DNA from: an uncultured delta proteobacterium
GTDB lineage: Bacteria > Desulfobacterota > Desulfobacteria > Desulfobacterales > B30-G6
NCBI GenBank assembly: GCA_963823335.1
Contig: CAWGLD010000001.1
Location: forward strand, 1,472,001-1,536,000
Length of the DNA stretch: 64,000 nt
Direction: 5' to 3'
The notes below the pieces were generated by a model. It saw nothing but the letters and a program-made list of their open reading frames with translations. It was not told the origin of the DNA and searched no databases. Of this stretch, positions 49,924 through 59,543 are shown piece after piece. Position 1 is the stretch's first letter. Each line of letters starts with the position of its first letter. A program made the translations under genes and the position numbers.

Positions 49924-50820
49924 TTACCGGGATAGCGCAATCATCCTTTCCACCGCCCGAAGCGCGGGTACGCGAACGTCTTCGGGAACTTTCACTTCAC
50001 CTTCCATCTTTTCGAGACTGTTCAGGATGTCCTGCAGGGTAATTTTCTTCATGTTTTTACAGGTCATTTTTTCCGAAGCCGGAAAAAACTGTTTGTCTGG
50101 ATTGGCTTTCCGAAGCGGATGAAGCAGCCCTGTCTCGGTACCGACTATAAAAGATTTGGCGTCCGATTTACTGGCATGACGAATCATGCCTGATGTGGAG
50201 GTGACAATATCGGCCATTTCAAGAATTTCCGGTCGGCACTCGGGGTGTGCCATGAATACCGCTTGGGGGTGCGCATCGCGGGCGATTTGTACGTCTTTGG
50301 GTTTCAGGATTTCATGGGTAGGACAGTAACCTTCCCAGACATGAATCTTCTTGGTAGTCTGTGAGGCCGCATACATGGCCAGATTGCGGTCGGGCGTCAT
50401 AAGTATTTCTTTCGCGTCCAGGCTGTTGGCCACGGCCACGACATTTGCAGAGGTACAGCAGATAGTGGACAAGGCCTTCACATCTGCAGTGGAATTTACA
50501 TAGGTTACCACAGGCATGGGGGGCAAGGACGCAATTTTGGCGGTCAGGCCTTCGGCGGTTATCATGTCTGCCATAAGACACCCGGCATCATGACGGGGCA
50601 GCAAAACGGTTTTGTGAGGCGACAAAATCGAAGCCGTTTCCGCCATGAAGTGTACACCGCAGAACAGGATCACGTCGGCCTCTGTACTGGCCGCACGGAT
50701 ACTCAACTCAAGGGAATCTCCACAAAGATCCGCGATGTCCTGAATTTCAGGGGGCTGGTAGTTGTGTGCCAGCATGATGGCATTACGCTGCTTCAGTAGC
50801 TTTCTTATTTTTTCTTTCAT
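49924..50820 (-). CDS. nadA: Quinolinate synthase
   Basis: LAHNYQ, GDSLEL, FCGVHFMAE, YVNS, CCTSAN, AHPEC, GTE.G. Confidence 0.96.
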   Translation of the reverse strand: MKEKIRKLLKQRNAIMLAHNYQPPEIQDIADLCGDSLELSIRAASTEADVILFCGVHFMAETASILSPHKTVLLPRHDAGCLMADMITAEGLTAKIASLPPMPVVTYVNSTADVKALSTICCTSANVVAVANSLDAKEILMTPDRNLAMYAASQTTKKIHVWEGYCPTHEILKPKDVQIARDAHPQAVFMAHPECRPEILEMADIVTSTSGMIRHASKSDAKSFIVGTETGLLHPLRKANPDKQFFPASEKMTCKNMKKITLQDILNSLEKMEGEVKVPEDVRVPALRAVERMIALSR

Positions 50821-50891
50821 TATAATCTCCCAACCCGGATAAACCGGAAAAACATCTTCTATCACGAAAGTAGTATCGTTATGAAATACGG

Positions 50892-51566
50892 TTATTCGGG
50901 CGCATCATCCAACCGTAATATGTCGACACCCTGGGGTATCGTAAAAGTAAAGAAAGCGTCCTCAAACGATTCATTGAACTGCGGGTCCACCAGCTCTATG
51001 CGGGTGACGTCCTCATAGGCATTGTAGGTGAAAACCTGAGCGATGTGAAATGTGGTTCTGGAAACCAGCAGGTGTACATAGGCAATGTCCCAGTTTGTTT
51101 CCAGAGGCACCAGTTTCAGGTTGTAATAATCGCCGAACCGGATATCTTCCAGGGTTATGTCGAAATCCTTTCTGAGCAGACGGATGTCGGAAAGAAATCC
51201 CGCACCCTTGCCCTCACTGAAAAAAGTGGATGCCTGTCCCAGCATGACCTGGTTGTCCTCGGGTCGGTACATCCACAGCTGAATGCCATCGGTTACGATG
51301 AGTTGTGATTCCGGCTTCATGTATTCCCATCTCATCTTTCCGGGGTACTGGACATAAAGTTTTCCTGAGGCCGAATCTGTTATTTCCATGGCTTTGATGG
51401 TTGATGCCTGAATAAAGGCGGCTGAAAAATTGGAGGCTGTATAGATTTTTTCCACGCGTTCCAGGATCTCGTCAATGGACATGGCGGGTAGTGCCGCCTC
51501 TTCCGAAAGGGCGGAAAAAGGGAGCACTATCGTCAAGATGATTAGAATAAGGTGTCTTAAGCTCAT
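50892..51566 (-). CDS. lolA: Outer-membrane lipoprotein carrier LolA
   Basis: Signal peptide, F.A.F.Q, PGKMRWEY..P..QLIVTDG..LW.Y, F.FTIP.GVD. Confidence 0.88.
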   Translation of the reverse strand: MSLRHLILIILTIVLPFSALSEEAALPAMSIDEILERVEKIYTASNFSAAFIQASTIKAMEITDSASGKLYVQYPGKMRWEYMKPESQLIVTDGIQLWMYRPEDNQVMLGQASTFFSEGKGAGFLSDIRLLRKDFDITLEDIRFGDYYNLKLVPLETNWDIAYVHLLVSRTTFHIAQVFTYNAYEDVTRIELVDPQFNESFEDAFFTFTIPQGVDILRLDDAPE

Positions 51567-51660
51567 ACGTAATTCTCCTAATAAAATCGTTACACGATTT
51601 TATCTGACGCGGCTTCGCCGCATATGATACATATCCAGCCCTTTCGGGGCGGATATCTAT

Positions 51661-52491
51661 TTACATGCTCCTGCCGAATAAGGCAAGACAGATATCATCC
51701 ACAAAGGCCACCTGAAGAAGGAGGACCTGTTTGTCCATGTGTGGTATTCGGATGCCATGTGCCATAAGCGTTTCGATCGTATGCTCGCGACGATAGGTCT
51801 CAAAGCGGTCATTTTGCTGGAGGTGTCTCAGGCATCTTTGCTTGTGCTGTGTGAGCGAGTGAAACAGATCGGCATCCTTTTGGGATTCTTCCAGGAATCG
51901 CAGTAAAAAAAAGATATATTCGTCGAATCTGCCGCTGCGGGGTTCCATCTTCAGAAAGAGATCCTTTATAAATAAAATGTCACGCTCATGGAGATCCATA
52001 ACCATGTTGCGAAGCCATACCTTGTATTTTCGGCCTTGTTTTTTCCCGGTGGTACGGTCGATCACCCTTATGAGCTCAGGATCCAGATGTCTGGTGATAT
52101 TGAGTCGCGCCAGAAACGCCCGGGCACCGCTTTCCAGTGTTTGTACGGTCAGAACAGATTGCAGACCTTCGAAACGAATAAGAGTTTTTCCCCGGCAGGA
52201 CAATAAGTGCTCCAGAATGGTCTGTTGGTCCTTTTCCTGAAAGACTTCCGATTCGAGTCGCTCTTCCAGTTTCAACTGGATGGATTCGTCCGGAAAATAT
52301 ATCAGTTCGATGAGAGAATCGCATTCGCAATTAGACGGATCGGTCAGGAGAGTTTCCAGTTCATGGATGTCGGAAATGAAAAACGTCGAAAGGATGAAGT
52401 GCTGACTTTTCTGGCTGACATGCAGCCCTTCCTGGAAAATAGACTGGATGGACAAAGCGAATTTTTGGCATTTTGAACTGGCATCAGGCAT
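51661..52491 (-). CDS. Hypothetical protein
   Basis: Long ORF overlapping the lgt stop, operon-like arrangement; no motif recognised. Confidence 0.7.
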   Translation of the reverse strand: MPDASSKCQKFALSIQSIFQEGLHVSQKSQHFILSTFFISDIHELETLLTDPSNCECDSLIELIYFPDESIQLKLEERLESEVFQEKDQQTILEHLLSCRGKTLIRFEGLQSVLTVQTLESGARAFLARLNITRHLDPELIRVIDRTTGKKQGRKYKVWLRNMVMDLHERDILFIKDLFLKMEPRSGRFDEYIFFLLRFLEESQKDADLFHSLTQHKQRCLRHLQQNDRFETYRREHTIETLMAHGIRIPHMDKQVLLLQVAFVDDICLALFGRSM

Positions 52492-53317
52492 GCTTGGCCC
52501 GATAAAGAAAAAGCAGCGCACCACAAAAAATCATGGCAGCGCAAAGTAACTGTCCCATGGTAAGCGACAGGAAGACAAGACCTATATGTGCGTCTGGTTC
52601 GCGGAAAAACTCGATGAAAAACCGCACAATACCGTAACCGGCCAGATATATGGCAAACAGGCCTCCCACAGGCAATTTTATTTTCCTGATGGACCACAAG
52701 AAGATAAAGAGAAAGACACCTTCAAAAAAAGCCTCGTAAAGCTGGGTCGGATGACGCAAGGCCACACCCGGAGCACCGGGAAAAAACATGCCGATGGCTC
52801 TTTGGGTGGTTCTACCGTAAAGTTCGGTGTTGATGAAATTTCCCAGTCGTCCAAAGGTATAGCCCAGAGGGATGACGGGGATGAAAAGATCCGAGATCTC
52901 CCAGAAACCCAAACGGGCTTTTCTGCAGTACCACGTGGTAGCCAGGATGACACCGATGAGTCCGCCATGATAGCTCATGCCGGCGATGCCCACGAACCGG
53001 ATTCCATTGGAAAAATCAAAAGGCAGCAGGATTTCAAGTGGGTGCGACAGGTAGTAGGACAGATTGTAAAACAGCACGTACCCGAGCCGAGCACCGAGAA
53101 TCAGGCCGACAATCATGGCGGTCATGAGATCGTTGAGCTGCTGTCCGGAAACCTGAAAACGATCTTCTGTGCGAAGACGATAGCGGACCATGAAATAGAC
53201 GATGGTAAATGCCACCACATACATCATACCGTAATAGCGCAATGATATGGGCCCGATTTCAAAAATAACCGGGGATATATTTTCGGGAAGATGTTGCCAC
53301 CAGTGTTTAAAAGCCAT
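52484..53317 (-). CDS. lgt: Prolipoprotein diacylglyceryl transferase
   Basis: RYYGMMY, GARLGYVLFY, GMSYHGG, GRLGNFIN.ELYGR, RHPTQLYE, EFFREPD. Confidence 0.97.
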   Translation of the reverse strand: MAFKHWWQHLPENISPVIFEIGPISLRYYGMMYVVAFTIVYFMVRYRLRTEDRFQVSGQQLNDLMTAMIVGLILGARLGYVLFYNLSYYLSHPLEILLPFDFSNGIRFVGIAGMSYHGGLIGVILATTWYCRKARLGFWEISDLFIPVIPLGYTFGRLGNFINTELYGRTTQRAIGMFFPGAPGVALRHPTQLYEAFFEGVFLFIFLWSIRKIKLPVGGLFAIYLAGYGIVRFFIEFFREPDAHIGLVFLSLTMGQLLCAAMIFCGALLFLYRAKHA

Positions 53318-53352
53318 GATAATGTATTATCGTAATTCAATTGAGAATAAAA

Positions 53353-53394
53353 GCAGTAAAAAAGGTGGCAGGTTTCTGCCACCTTTTTTACTGC
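53353..53394. terminator. Bidirectional Rho-independent terminator
   Basis: Perfect 19-bp IR GCAGTAAAAAAGGTGGCAG-GTTT-CTGCCACCTTTTTTACTGC. Confidence 0.85.
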
Positions 53395-53440
53395 GACAAC
53401 GTCGCGATTTGCAGCGTCGTATAACGAATGTATTGGTTTT

Positions 53441-53516
53441 GGGAACCGTAACAGCGAGCGTATTTCCTGCAGGTTCTGCCGTGCGGCAGTGCTTCGCATG
53501 CTGCGAGCTTCTTCAA
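53441..53516 (-). repeat. MITE-like repeat family 1, 76-bp copy (inverted)
   Basis: Reverse complement of 44824-44899 with few mismatches. Confidence 0.9.
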
Positions 53517-53983
53517 TTTCCCTGTTTCATTGCGCCTTTTCGCTGCTGCTGCATGGATTGCCGATAGGTCCTGATCTTCTGAAATCGCTCGGGTCCCAGT
53601 ACCTTTCTTATCTGGATATAATACTGGAACCTTTCCCGGGAAAGATCTGCTCTGACTGATTCGAGTTTGTTGAACTGGGCCATGAGAGCGGGTTCGTCCA
53701 GCGTCCTGCCTTCCATTATGCTATTTAATTCAAACTGTTCCAGCTCGATGGCGTGCTTCAACTCCATGAACTTTCGGGCCCGGGTGTTGAACGCCGTATC
53801 CAGTGTGTCGATCTCTTCCTGGGTGAGGTTCAGATCTCTGACACCGGCAGGGTTCTGCCACCATTTTCCCAAGGGTATTCTGTCATGATTTTTGGGCCCT
53901 CCGGCCATCCCTTGGGCAGCCACTGCCAAGGATGTAAAGACCAGCAGCACGACAGTCATTACCACGGAAATGTGCTTCAACAT
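53513..53983 (-). CDS. Periplasmic Spy/CpxP/heavy-metal-sensor-like protein
   Basis: Signal peptide, KWW....LNLTQEE, IRKVLGPERFQK (LTxxQ-type). Confidence 0.75.
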   Translation of the reverse strand: MLKHISVVMTVVLLVFTSLAVAAQGMAGGPKNHDRIPLGKWWQNPAGVRDLNLTQEEIDTLDTAFNTRARKFMELKHAIELEQFELNSIMEGRTLDEPALMAQFNKLESVRADLSRERFQYYIQIRKVLGPERFQKIRTYRQSMQQQRKGAMKQGN

Positions 53984-54537
53984 AAAATTTCTCCTTTCTT
54001 CCCCGCTATGTTGGACAGGGGATCGTTTTCAGTTGTCGGTACGATGTACTCCATAAAATCTTCATCAGGGTCGATCTCGGCAATCGAGATCATGGTTTGA
54101 AATTCTTGTGGTAAGGGGTTTTCAATCAGCCTGTCGATGTCGGACAGGAGTTGTTCGGGGTCGATCATTTGTTCCTGCACAAGGGTCACATGCCTGTCCT
54201 GATCAGGTTTTAGAACAAGGGCGGCCGTGGCGACGATCAGGACCAGCAGCGCAGGAACCGCTATCCGCACCAGGGGTCTGACTCCCAGAAACCATCCCGG
54301 CCGTAAACCCGGTCGGCTGTCCGGCAAAACAGGGCGGCTCATCACGGCGGGCGCTGATGTCCTGGCCATATTTCCTAACTGAAGAAGCATTTTTTCCAGG
54401 CGGCTTTTTTCAGCCATACATGCACCACAGGATGCCAGATGTGCTTGCTGAGCATGCGATAGCTCGGAGAGGTCCACAATGGCCCGCAGGATCTGCGCTT
54501 CTGCCAGATGTTTTTTGGATGTGGCGGTCAAATTCAT
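53977..54537 (-). CDS. Putative anti-sigma factor
   Basis: HLASCGAC (ZAS HxxxCxxC), single TM helix, directly downstream of the ECF sigma. Confidence 0.75.
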   Translation of the reverse strand: MNLTATSKKHLAEAQILRAIVDLSELSHAQQAHLASCGACMAEKSRLEKMLLQLGNMARTSAPAVMSRPVLPDSRPGLRPGWFLGVRPLVRIAVPALLVLIVATAALVLKPDQDRHVTLVQEQMIDPEQLLSDIDRLIENPLPQEFQTMISIAEIDPDEDFMEYIVPTTENDPLSNIAGKKGEILC

Positions 54538-55151
54538 TCTCCTTTTAGAAAGTCTTGAAAAGCCCGGTCTTTTTTAAATTTGGACAGAGCCCGATACAGA
54601 TGTGTCTTGACGGTGCTTTCACCTTTATTCAAGGCCCTTGCAATTTCATTGAGTTGCAGCTGATCCATGAACCGCAGCATGAAAACCTGCTTTTCCATTC
54701 TAGAGAGTCTGGAAAGAAACATTTCGGATTCCTGAAGAAATCGTTTGCGGATCAAAACGTCGAGGGGGTCTGATGCGGTGGCCGTCTGAGTGTCGACATG
54801 GGCATCCGCCTCATCATTGGGCATACTCTTGAACAGGTGCAAAAACTTCTTTCGTCGATGATAGTCGTTTACACGATTGACAGCGATCCGAAAGAGCCAG
54901 CCTTTGAAGTGAGCTTCGTCTGTCAAGCGTCCCAAGCCTTTGTAGGCTTTCAGAAAGACTTCCTGGGTCAGGTCCTCGGCATCCATGCGACGCTGGGTTC
55001 GGTAATAGATCATGCGAAAAATATCTCCGTAATACAGGCCTGCCAGCTGTTCAAAAGCCTGCCTGCTGCCTTTTTTTGCCATTTTTACCCAGGTCATCTC
55101 CTGTTGGGTTTCCGGTGAGACCGAGCTGATTTCTATTTCTGCTTTTTGCAT
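54534..55151 (-). CDS. ECF RNA polymerase sigma factor
   Basis: DAEDLTQEVFLKAY, FKGWLFRIAVN, EIARALNKGESTVKTHLYRA; start trimmed to ATG 55151. Confidence 0.93.
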   Translation of the reverse strand: MQKAEIEISSVSPETQQEMTWVKMAKKGSRQAFEQLAGLYYGDIFRMIYYRTQRRMDAEDLTQEVFLKAYKGLGRLTDEAHFKGWLFRIAVNRVNDYHRRKKFLHLFKSMPNDEADAHVDTQTATASDPLDVLIRKRFLQESEMFLSRLSRMEKQVFMLRFMDQLQLNEIARALNKGESTVKTHLYRALSKFKKDRAFQDFLKGE

Positions 55152-55228
55152 CAAATTTATATTCCAGGAGAGACTGAACAAGCCCTTTGATGTGTTAGGA
55201 CGTGTTGGTGGAAAAAAAAGTCTACAAA

Positions 55229-55399
55229 TAGAACCTATCTCAAAAATGTCTTTTGTCCCAATCTCTGTGTTGCTCTCTCGTTTCAACTCCTCAAAATACA
55301 AAAGTATTCCTGCGGGCTGAAACTTGAGATCGCCTTGATTTGACGAAGATCCCGCTCTTTTTGCGGGGGAACAAAATCCTATTTTTGAGATGGCTTCTA
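55229..55399. mobile_element. MITE-like repeat family 2 (171 bp, 18-bp TIRs)
   Basis: TAGAACCTATCTCAAAAA ... TTTTTGAGATGGCTTCTA terminal inverted repeats; partial copy at 34222. Confidence 0.8.
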
Positions 55400-55479
55400 T
55401 ATTATATGGGCTTCAGGATTGACGAAACTTTCAATTGTGAATATATCTGAACCTTATAAATACAGACAGGAATTGCCAA

Positions 55480-56559
55480 GTGAAAACCATTCATACCACC
55501 ATTGTCGGTGATGCCGGTGATATGACAGACGTCCCTTCCGAGTCCGTCGATCTGGTGGTGACATCGCCTCCATATCCCATGATTCGTATGTGGGACGATC
55601 TCTTCTGCCGTCAGAACTCCTCCATTCGCAGGCACCTGGACGCTTCAGAGGGAATGGCCGCCTTTGAATTGATGCACCGGGAACTGGACAGGGTCTGGGA
55701 CGAGGTCTTCAGGGTATTGAAAACCAGTGGATTTGCCTGCATCAACATGGGTGATGCCACTCGCAAACTGGGGCATGATTTCTGTCTCTATCCCAATCAC
55801 GCCCGTGTTCTCCAAAGACTGACAAACATGGGTTTGCAGGTGCTGCCGGATATCCTGTGGCGCAAACAGAGCAATGCCCCCAACAAGTTCATGGGCTCCG
55901 GAATGCTGCCGGCCGGTGCCTACGTGACACTGGAGCACGAATACATCCTCGTGATACGCAAAGGTTCGAAAAGATGTTTCGATACCAGCGAAGAAAAGGA
56001 GCGTCGTCGGGAGAGCGCCATTTTCTGGGAAGAACGGAATCAGTTCTTTTCGGATATCTGGATGGACCTGAAAGGGGCGGGGCAGGCATTGAAACAGGGG
56101 GAATCCCGCGCCAGAAGCGCGGCCTTTCCCTTTGAACTGGCCTATCGGCTCATCTGTATGTATTCCATCCAACAGGATGTCATCCTGGACCCTTTTTTAG
56201 GCACCGGCACCACCCAGGCTGCGGCCGCCGCTGCCTGCCGCAGCAGCATCGGTATCGAGATGGATGCCTCGCTGTTAGCGGCTATTGGAAAATGGCCGCA
56301 CGATATTGTCGTCTTTGCCAATCAATATCACGACCGACGGCTTGCCAGACACATGGATTTTGTCAATGACCGCATTGCCGGGAATAAATCACTGAAATAT
56401 CGGAATCGGTTTTATGGTTTTCCCGTGATGACCTCCCAGGAGACCGATCTTCATATCCACAAACTTGAAAAAACCATCGATTTGGATGAAAACAGGATTG
56501 AGGTGCACTACGCCGGGAAACCCCATCTTAAAGACGAACGTCCAACATCGAACACGTAA
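55480..56559 (+). CDS. Site-specific DNA methyltransferase, beta class (probably N4-cytosine), orphan
   Basis: Motif IV VVTSPPY precedes motif I LDPFLGTGTT. Confidence 0.9.
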   Translation: MKTIHTTIVGDAGDMTDVPSESVDLVVTSPPYPMIRMWDDLFCRQNSSIRRHLDASEGMAAFELMHRELDRVWDEVFRVLKTSGFACINMGDATRKLGHDFCLYPNHARVLQRLTNMGLQVLPDILWRKQSNAPNKFMGSGMLPAGAYVTLEHEYILVIRKGSKRCFDTSEEKERRRESAIFWEERNQFFSDIWMDLKGAGQALKQGESRARSAAFPFELAYRLICMYSIQQDVILDPFLGTGTTQAAAAAACRSSIGIEMDASLLAAIGKWPHDIVVFANQYHDRRLARHMDFVNDRIAGNKSLKYRNRFYGFPVMTSQETDLHIHKLEKTIDLDENRIEVHYAGKPHLKDERPTSNT

Positions 56560-56616
56560 CATCGAACATCGAATGAAAAAGATCATATGTAATGCTGGGC
56601 GTTCGATGTTCATTCG
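56537..56616. repeat. Heptamer-repeat hairpin (AACATCG type)
   Basis: AACGTCC-AACATCG-AACACGT-AACATCG-AACATCG ... CGTTCGATGTTC. Confidence 0.7.
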
Positions 56617-56664
56617 TTTCTTTGTACCCCGTTATTGCAGGGGAACAAGAGATTCTGATTTATC

Positions 56665-57801
56665 CTATTCAGTTTTTTGGGATAGATAAGCTTCCAGACG
56701 TTTGCCTGTTGCCAGGCCGATGTCCATGGCGGCTTCGATCACGGCGTTTTGGGCTGCCACCTCTTTCGAACTTGCAAATGCCTTGGAATCATTGCCTCCG
56801 CCGGTAATGGTGTTGGAAGTCCACAGATCTTCAATGCCGTATGTGTAAGAGGCAATGTACTGAAATTGATCCCAGATTTTCTTTCCTTGATACAGCACGA
56901 TCGTTGCTGTAAGTCTGAACCGGGTTGCGTCGATGGCTGGGTTCAATTCGAAATCATGACCTGATATGGTTTTGGCAAAGGCGCCATTAAAGGCTGCTAC
57001 GTAAGGGATATCGCCATTCAGATTGATCGTTCGTGATCGTTTATCCAGAACCTGTCGCTTCAGGCTGACTGCCGCCGAGAGGGTCTGGGTATCCTGGATG
57101 TCTGGGTGGTTTAACCCAACATCGTCGGAAATTCCGGATAGAAGGGTTTGGGCCCGGCTGATATTTTCAAATGCCGCCATGGGCTGGTTCCGGTCGAGTT
57201 GTACCAGCGCATTCTGGTACAGTGCCAGCGCAAGGGTGCCATCTCTTTGCGCAGTTTCCGTCTGGCGCTCCTTTTCTTTCCGGGCAGAGGCCTTGGGGAA
57301 TCGGCACAACACATAAACGGCATATGTTTCTTCATAAAAATTACCTGCTGTGCGGCTTGTCTTGACATAATATTCATCCGTAACCTCCAGGAAGGAGATA
57401 CTGGCGTCGGTGGATGATCGGGTCTGCTCATTTACAAATGTGCTGGATTGTGCGGTGCTGTCTTGGATAAAGGTGTCGGTACTGATCCGGATACCGATAT
57501 AGGAAGATGCCTGGTTGGCTGCATCCTGCCGAGCCTGGTCCCGGCCTTCTTTCAAGGATTTGGCGCGGTCGGTGAGACCCACAAAATAGAGGTATTCGGG
57601 ATGGGTGACCGCCTGGGACATCCATGCCGGTGGACCGGAATTCCTCGATTCTTCCTTCACAATGAGCTGTTTTGGACCGCCGCATCCAACGGCGACAAGC
57701 ACGATCAAGGTAAAAAGGGTCCTAAGATGTCGGGATGTTTTGATTTCAGGGGCCCTATAGCTGTTCCCTGAGTTTTTTCTTTTCTGATTTAAGCTTTTCA
57801 A
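56665..57801 (-). CDS. LPP20-like lipoprotein
   Basis: Lipobox AVGC, PPAW...YLYFVG...GRDQARQDA pattern; start uncertain. Confidence 0.6.
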   Translation of the reverse strand: MKSLNQKRKNSGNSYRAPEIKTSRHLRTLFTLIVLVAVGCGGPKQLIVKEESRNSGPPAWMSQAVTHPEYLYFVGLTDRAKSLKEGRDQARQDAANQASSYIGIRISTDTFIQDSTAQSSTFVNEQTRSSTDASISFLEVTDEYYVKTSRTAGNFYEETYAVYVLCRFPKASARKEKERQTETAQRDGTLALALYQNALVQLDRNQPMAAFENISRAQTLLSGISDDVGLNHPDIQDTQTLSAAVSLKRQVLDKRSRTINLNGDIPYVAAFNGAFAKTISGHDFELNPAIDATRFRLTATIVLYQGKKIWDQFQYIASYTYGIEDLWTSNTITGGGNDSKAFASSKEVAAQNAVIEAAMDIGLATGKRLEAYLSQKTE

Positions 57802-58756
57802 TATTCTTCAACTCCTGCAGGTAGTCTGCATCGGATGACAAGGCAAATGCTTTCTTGATGCACATCTCGGCATCCTCGAATTGCGCGGTGTATTCGTATG
57901 CCAGTCCCAGGTTCCAGTAAGCCAGTGCAGCCACTTTGGGAGATATGTCCGGGTTGGTGTCTGCCATTTCAACGGCCGACTTGAACTGCAACAGGGCATC
58001 ATTCCAAAGACCTGCCTGAGCGTAACTGATCCCGGTCTCCATCATGGGCAGGTCTCCATCTTTCTTGAAATTGGCGGTGACAACATCTTTCCAGGGAGCG
58101 ATTGCCCGTATGAGATCTGTGGCCACTTCCTTCACACAGATATCCAGCAGCAAATTGCTGTCAATTCTTGCGGGTTGTTCATTCATGGCACTGGTTCCCT
58201 TGCCATGTTTGCTTTCAAGGGCTTTGGAGCGGAGGGTCTCGCCGGTTTCGATGTCGACAATGTCAAAAGATGCTCGCACAACAGCCATACCTTTTCGGTA
58301 GTATTGGGTACATTTGTATTTATATTCTTTCTTTTTGACCGTTTTGGTACACTCACGGATTTCCCTGCTCAGATTTTCCGTGTAGTTGTAATCAAGTATG
58401 TTGCCCATGATCAGGACGGACCCGGTCATGAGCTTTCCCAGTTTTTTTCTGCTGTCGTTATCGACGAGATCGGATGTGGACAATTTGAGCTCGGACATGA
58501 CCCTGTTCAGGTGTTTGCGGTCGATAACCTTGAAGTAACCGCTGTCCACCGCCTTTTGTTTGACGTAGGCACTCATTTTATCGGCCGCTGGTCCGGATAT
58601 CTGTCCCACTACCAGCTCATTTTTACCTTTGAGGTTGATTTCGGCCGGTCGCATCAAGGGCACCTTTACGCCCACGGTTGAACAGCCAAAAAGAAACAAA
58701 CAGGTGAGGGACAGCACAAGGGCAGGATTCAGGCTGAGTTGCAGGCTACGAGACAT
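57755..58756 (-). CDS. CsgG/HfaB-like lipoprotein with C-terminal TPR
   Basis: Lipobox LFGC, F.VIDRKHLNRVMSEL..S.LVD....KLGKL, IVDIETGE, AYWNLGLAYE. Confidence 0.7.
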   Translation of the reverse strand: MSRSLQLSLNPALVLSLTCLFLFGCSTVGVKVPLMRPAEINLKGKNELVVGQISGPAADKMSAYVKQKAVDSGYFKVIDRKHLNRVMSELKLSTSDLVDNDSRKKLGKLMTGSVLIMGNILDYNYTENLSREIRECTKTVKKKEYKYKCTQYYRKGMAVVRASFDIVDIETGETLRSKALESKHGKGTSAMNEQPARIDSNLLLDICVKEVATDLIRAIAPWKDVVTANFKKDGDLPMMETGISYAQAGLWNDALLQFKSAVEMADTNPDISPKVAALAYWNLGLAYEYTAQFEDAEMCIKKAFALSSDADYLQELKNIEKLKSEKKKLREQL

Positions 58757-58918
58757 GCGGATCCCCCTTTGTGTGATACATGAAGACTGCGAAAAGAACG
58801 GATATGGGAAATGTTCCGAAAAGGTGTTTGGTGCAGGCCTGCGCACCGTAGATGACCTTCCTGGTGCTTTGAGCGATTGGCCATTGAGTATCCTGCAGCA
58901 GGAACCTGCCGGAAAACA

Positions 58919-58941
58919 GGGATTGTCGATGCGACAATCCC
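58919..58941 (-). terminator. Hairpin downstream of tRNA-Ala
   Basis: GGGATTGTCG-ATG-CGACAATCCC followed on the minus strand by TGTTTT. Confidence 0.7.
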
Positions 58942-58951
58942 ATTGAGTTCC

Positions 58952-59027
58952 TGGTGGAGCTGAGGGGGCTCGAACCCCTGACCTCATGACTGCCAGTCAT
59001 GCGCTCTCCCAGCTGAGCTACAGCCCC
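58952..59027 (-). tRNA. tRNA-Ala (anticodon GGC)
   Basis: GGGGCTGTAGCTCAGCTGGGAGAGCGCATGACTGGCAGTCATGAGGTCAGGGGTTCGAGCCCCCTCAGCTCCACCA. Confidence 0.97.
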
Positions 59028-59280
59028 AATTGCATATGGCCACCTAACAAAAAGAAAAGGGCGTGTCAATAAAAACCGCGCGAGCGGACCCACCTTTTCA
59101 ATATAAATGCTTGGACATGGCATCAATTATTCGGGGTATGTAGTTGACAAATAGGAAATCAGAAAATAAACTAGTACATTTCAGATTCTATGCCTGTTAT
59201 TTATGAAATCGTGTCGCGGTTTTATGACAGTTAATTGAACGGCTCAAGTATCAATCGTATCAAATTATATAGGGAGCCCG

Positions 59281-59529
59281 ATGGGACAAAACATTTACGG
59301 CAAGTACAGGGGCGGTGGAGGCACGCGGTCGTCCCAACCCAAAATGTTCGAGGATCTGGATGCAACGGAGCTCTATTGTGCTCGGTGCAAAATGGCTGTT
59401 CCGGTTCGAAAGCGGCTTCTGATCGTTCTCCCCGAAGGGGACAAATACGAGTATTTCTGTCCGTACTGTGCTGAAACGGTGGGCTTCAAGATCGATCGAA
59501 ACCAGCAGCAGACATCACTAATTGTTTAA
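59281..59529 (+). CDS. Small zinc-ribbon protein
   Basis: CARC...CPYC, RKRLLIVLPEGDKYEY; GGGAG RBS. Confidence 0.75.
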   Translation: MGQNIYGKYRGGGGTRSSQPKMFEDLDATELYCARCKMAVPVRKRLLIVLPEGDKYEYFCPYCAETVGFKIDRNQQQTSLIV

Positions 59530-59543
59530 AGAGGTAAACGAGA

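Noticed and set aside
55152-55301. N-terminal extension of the ECF sigma ORF
   Set aside because: It starts inside the MITE and shows no sigma-like sequence.
58757-58987. N-terminal extension of the CsgG-like ORF, and the ORF 58746-59126
   Set aside because: Both run through tRNA-Ala and its terminator; the real start is ATG 58756, before a lipoprotein signal.
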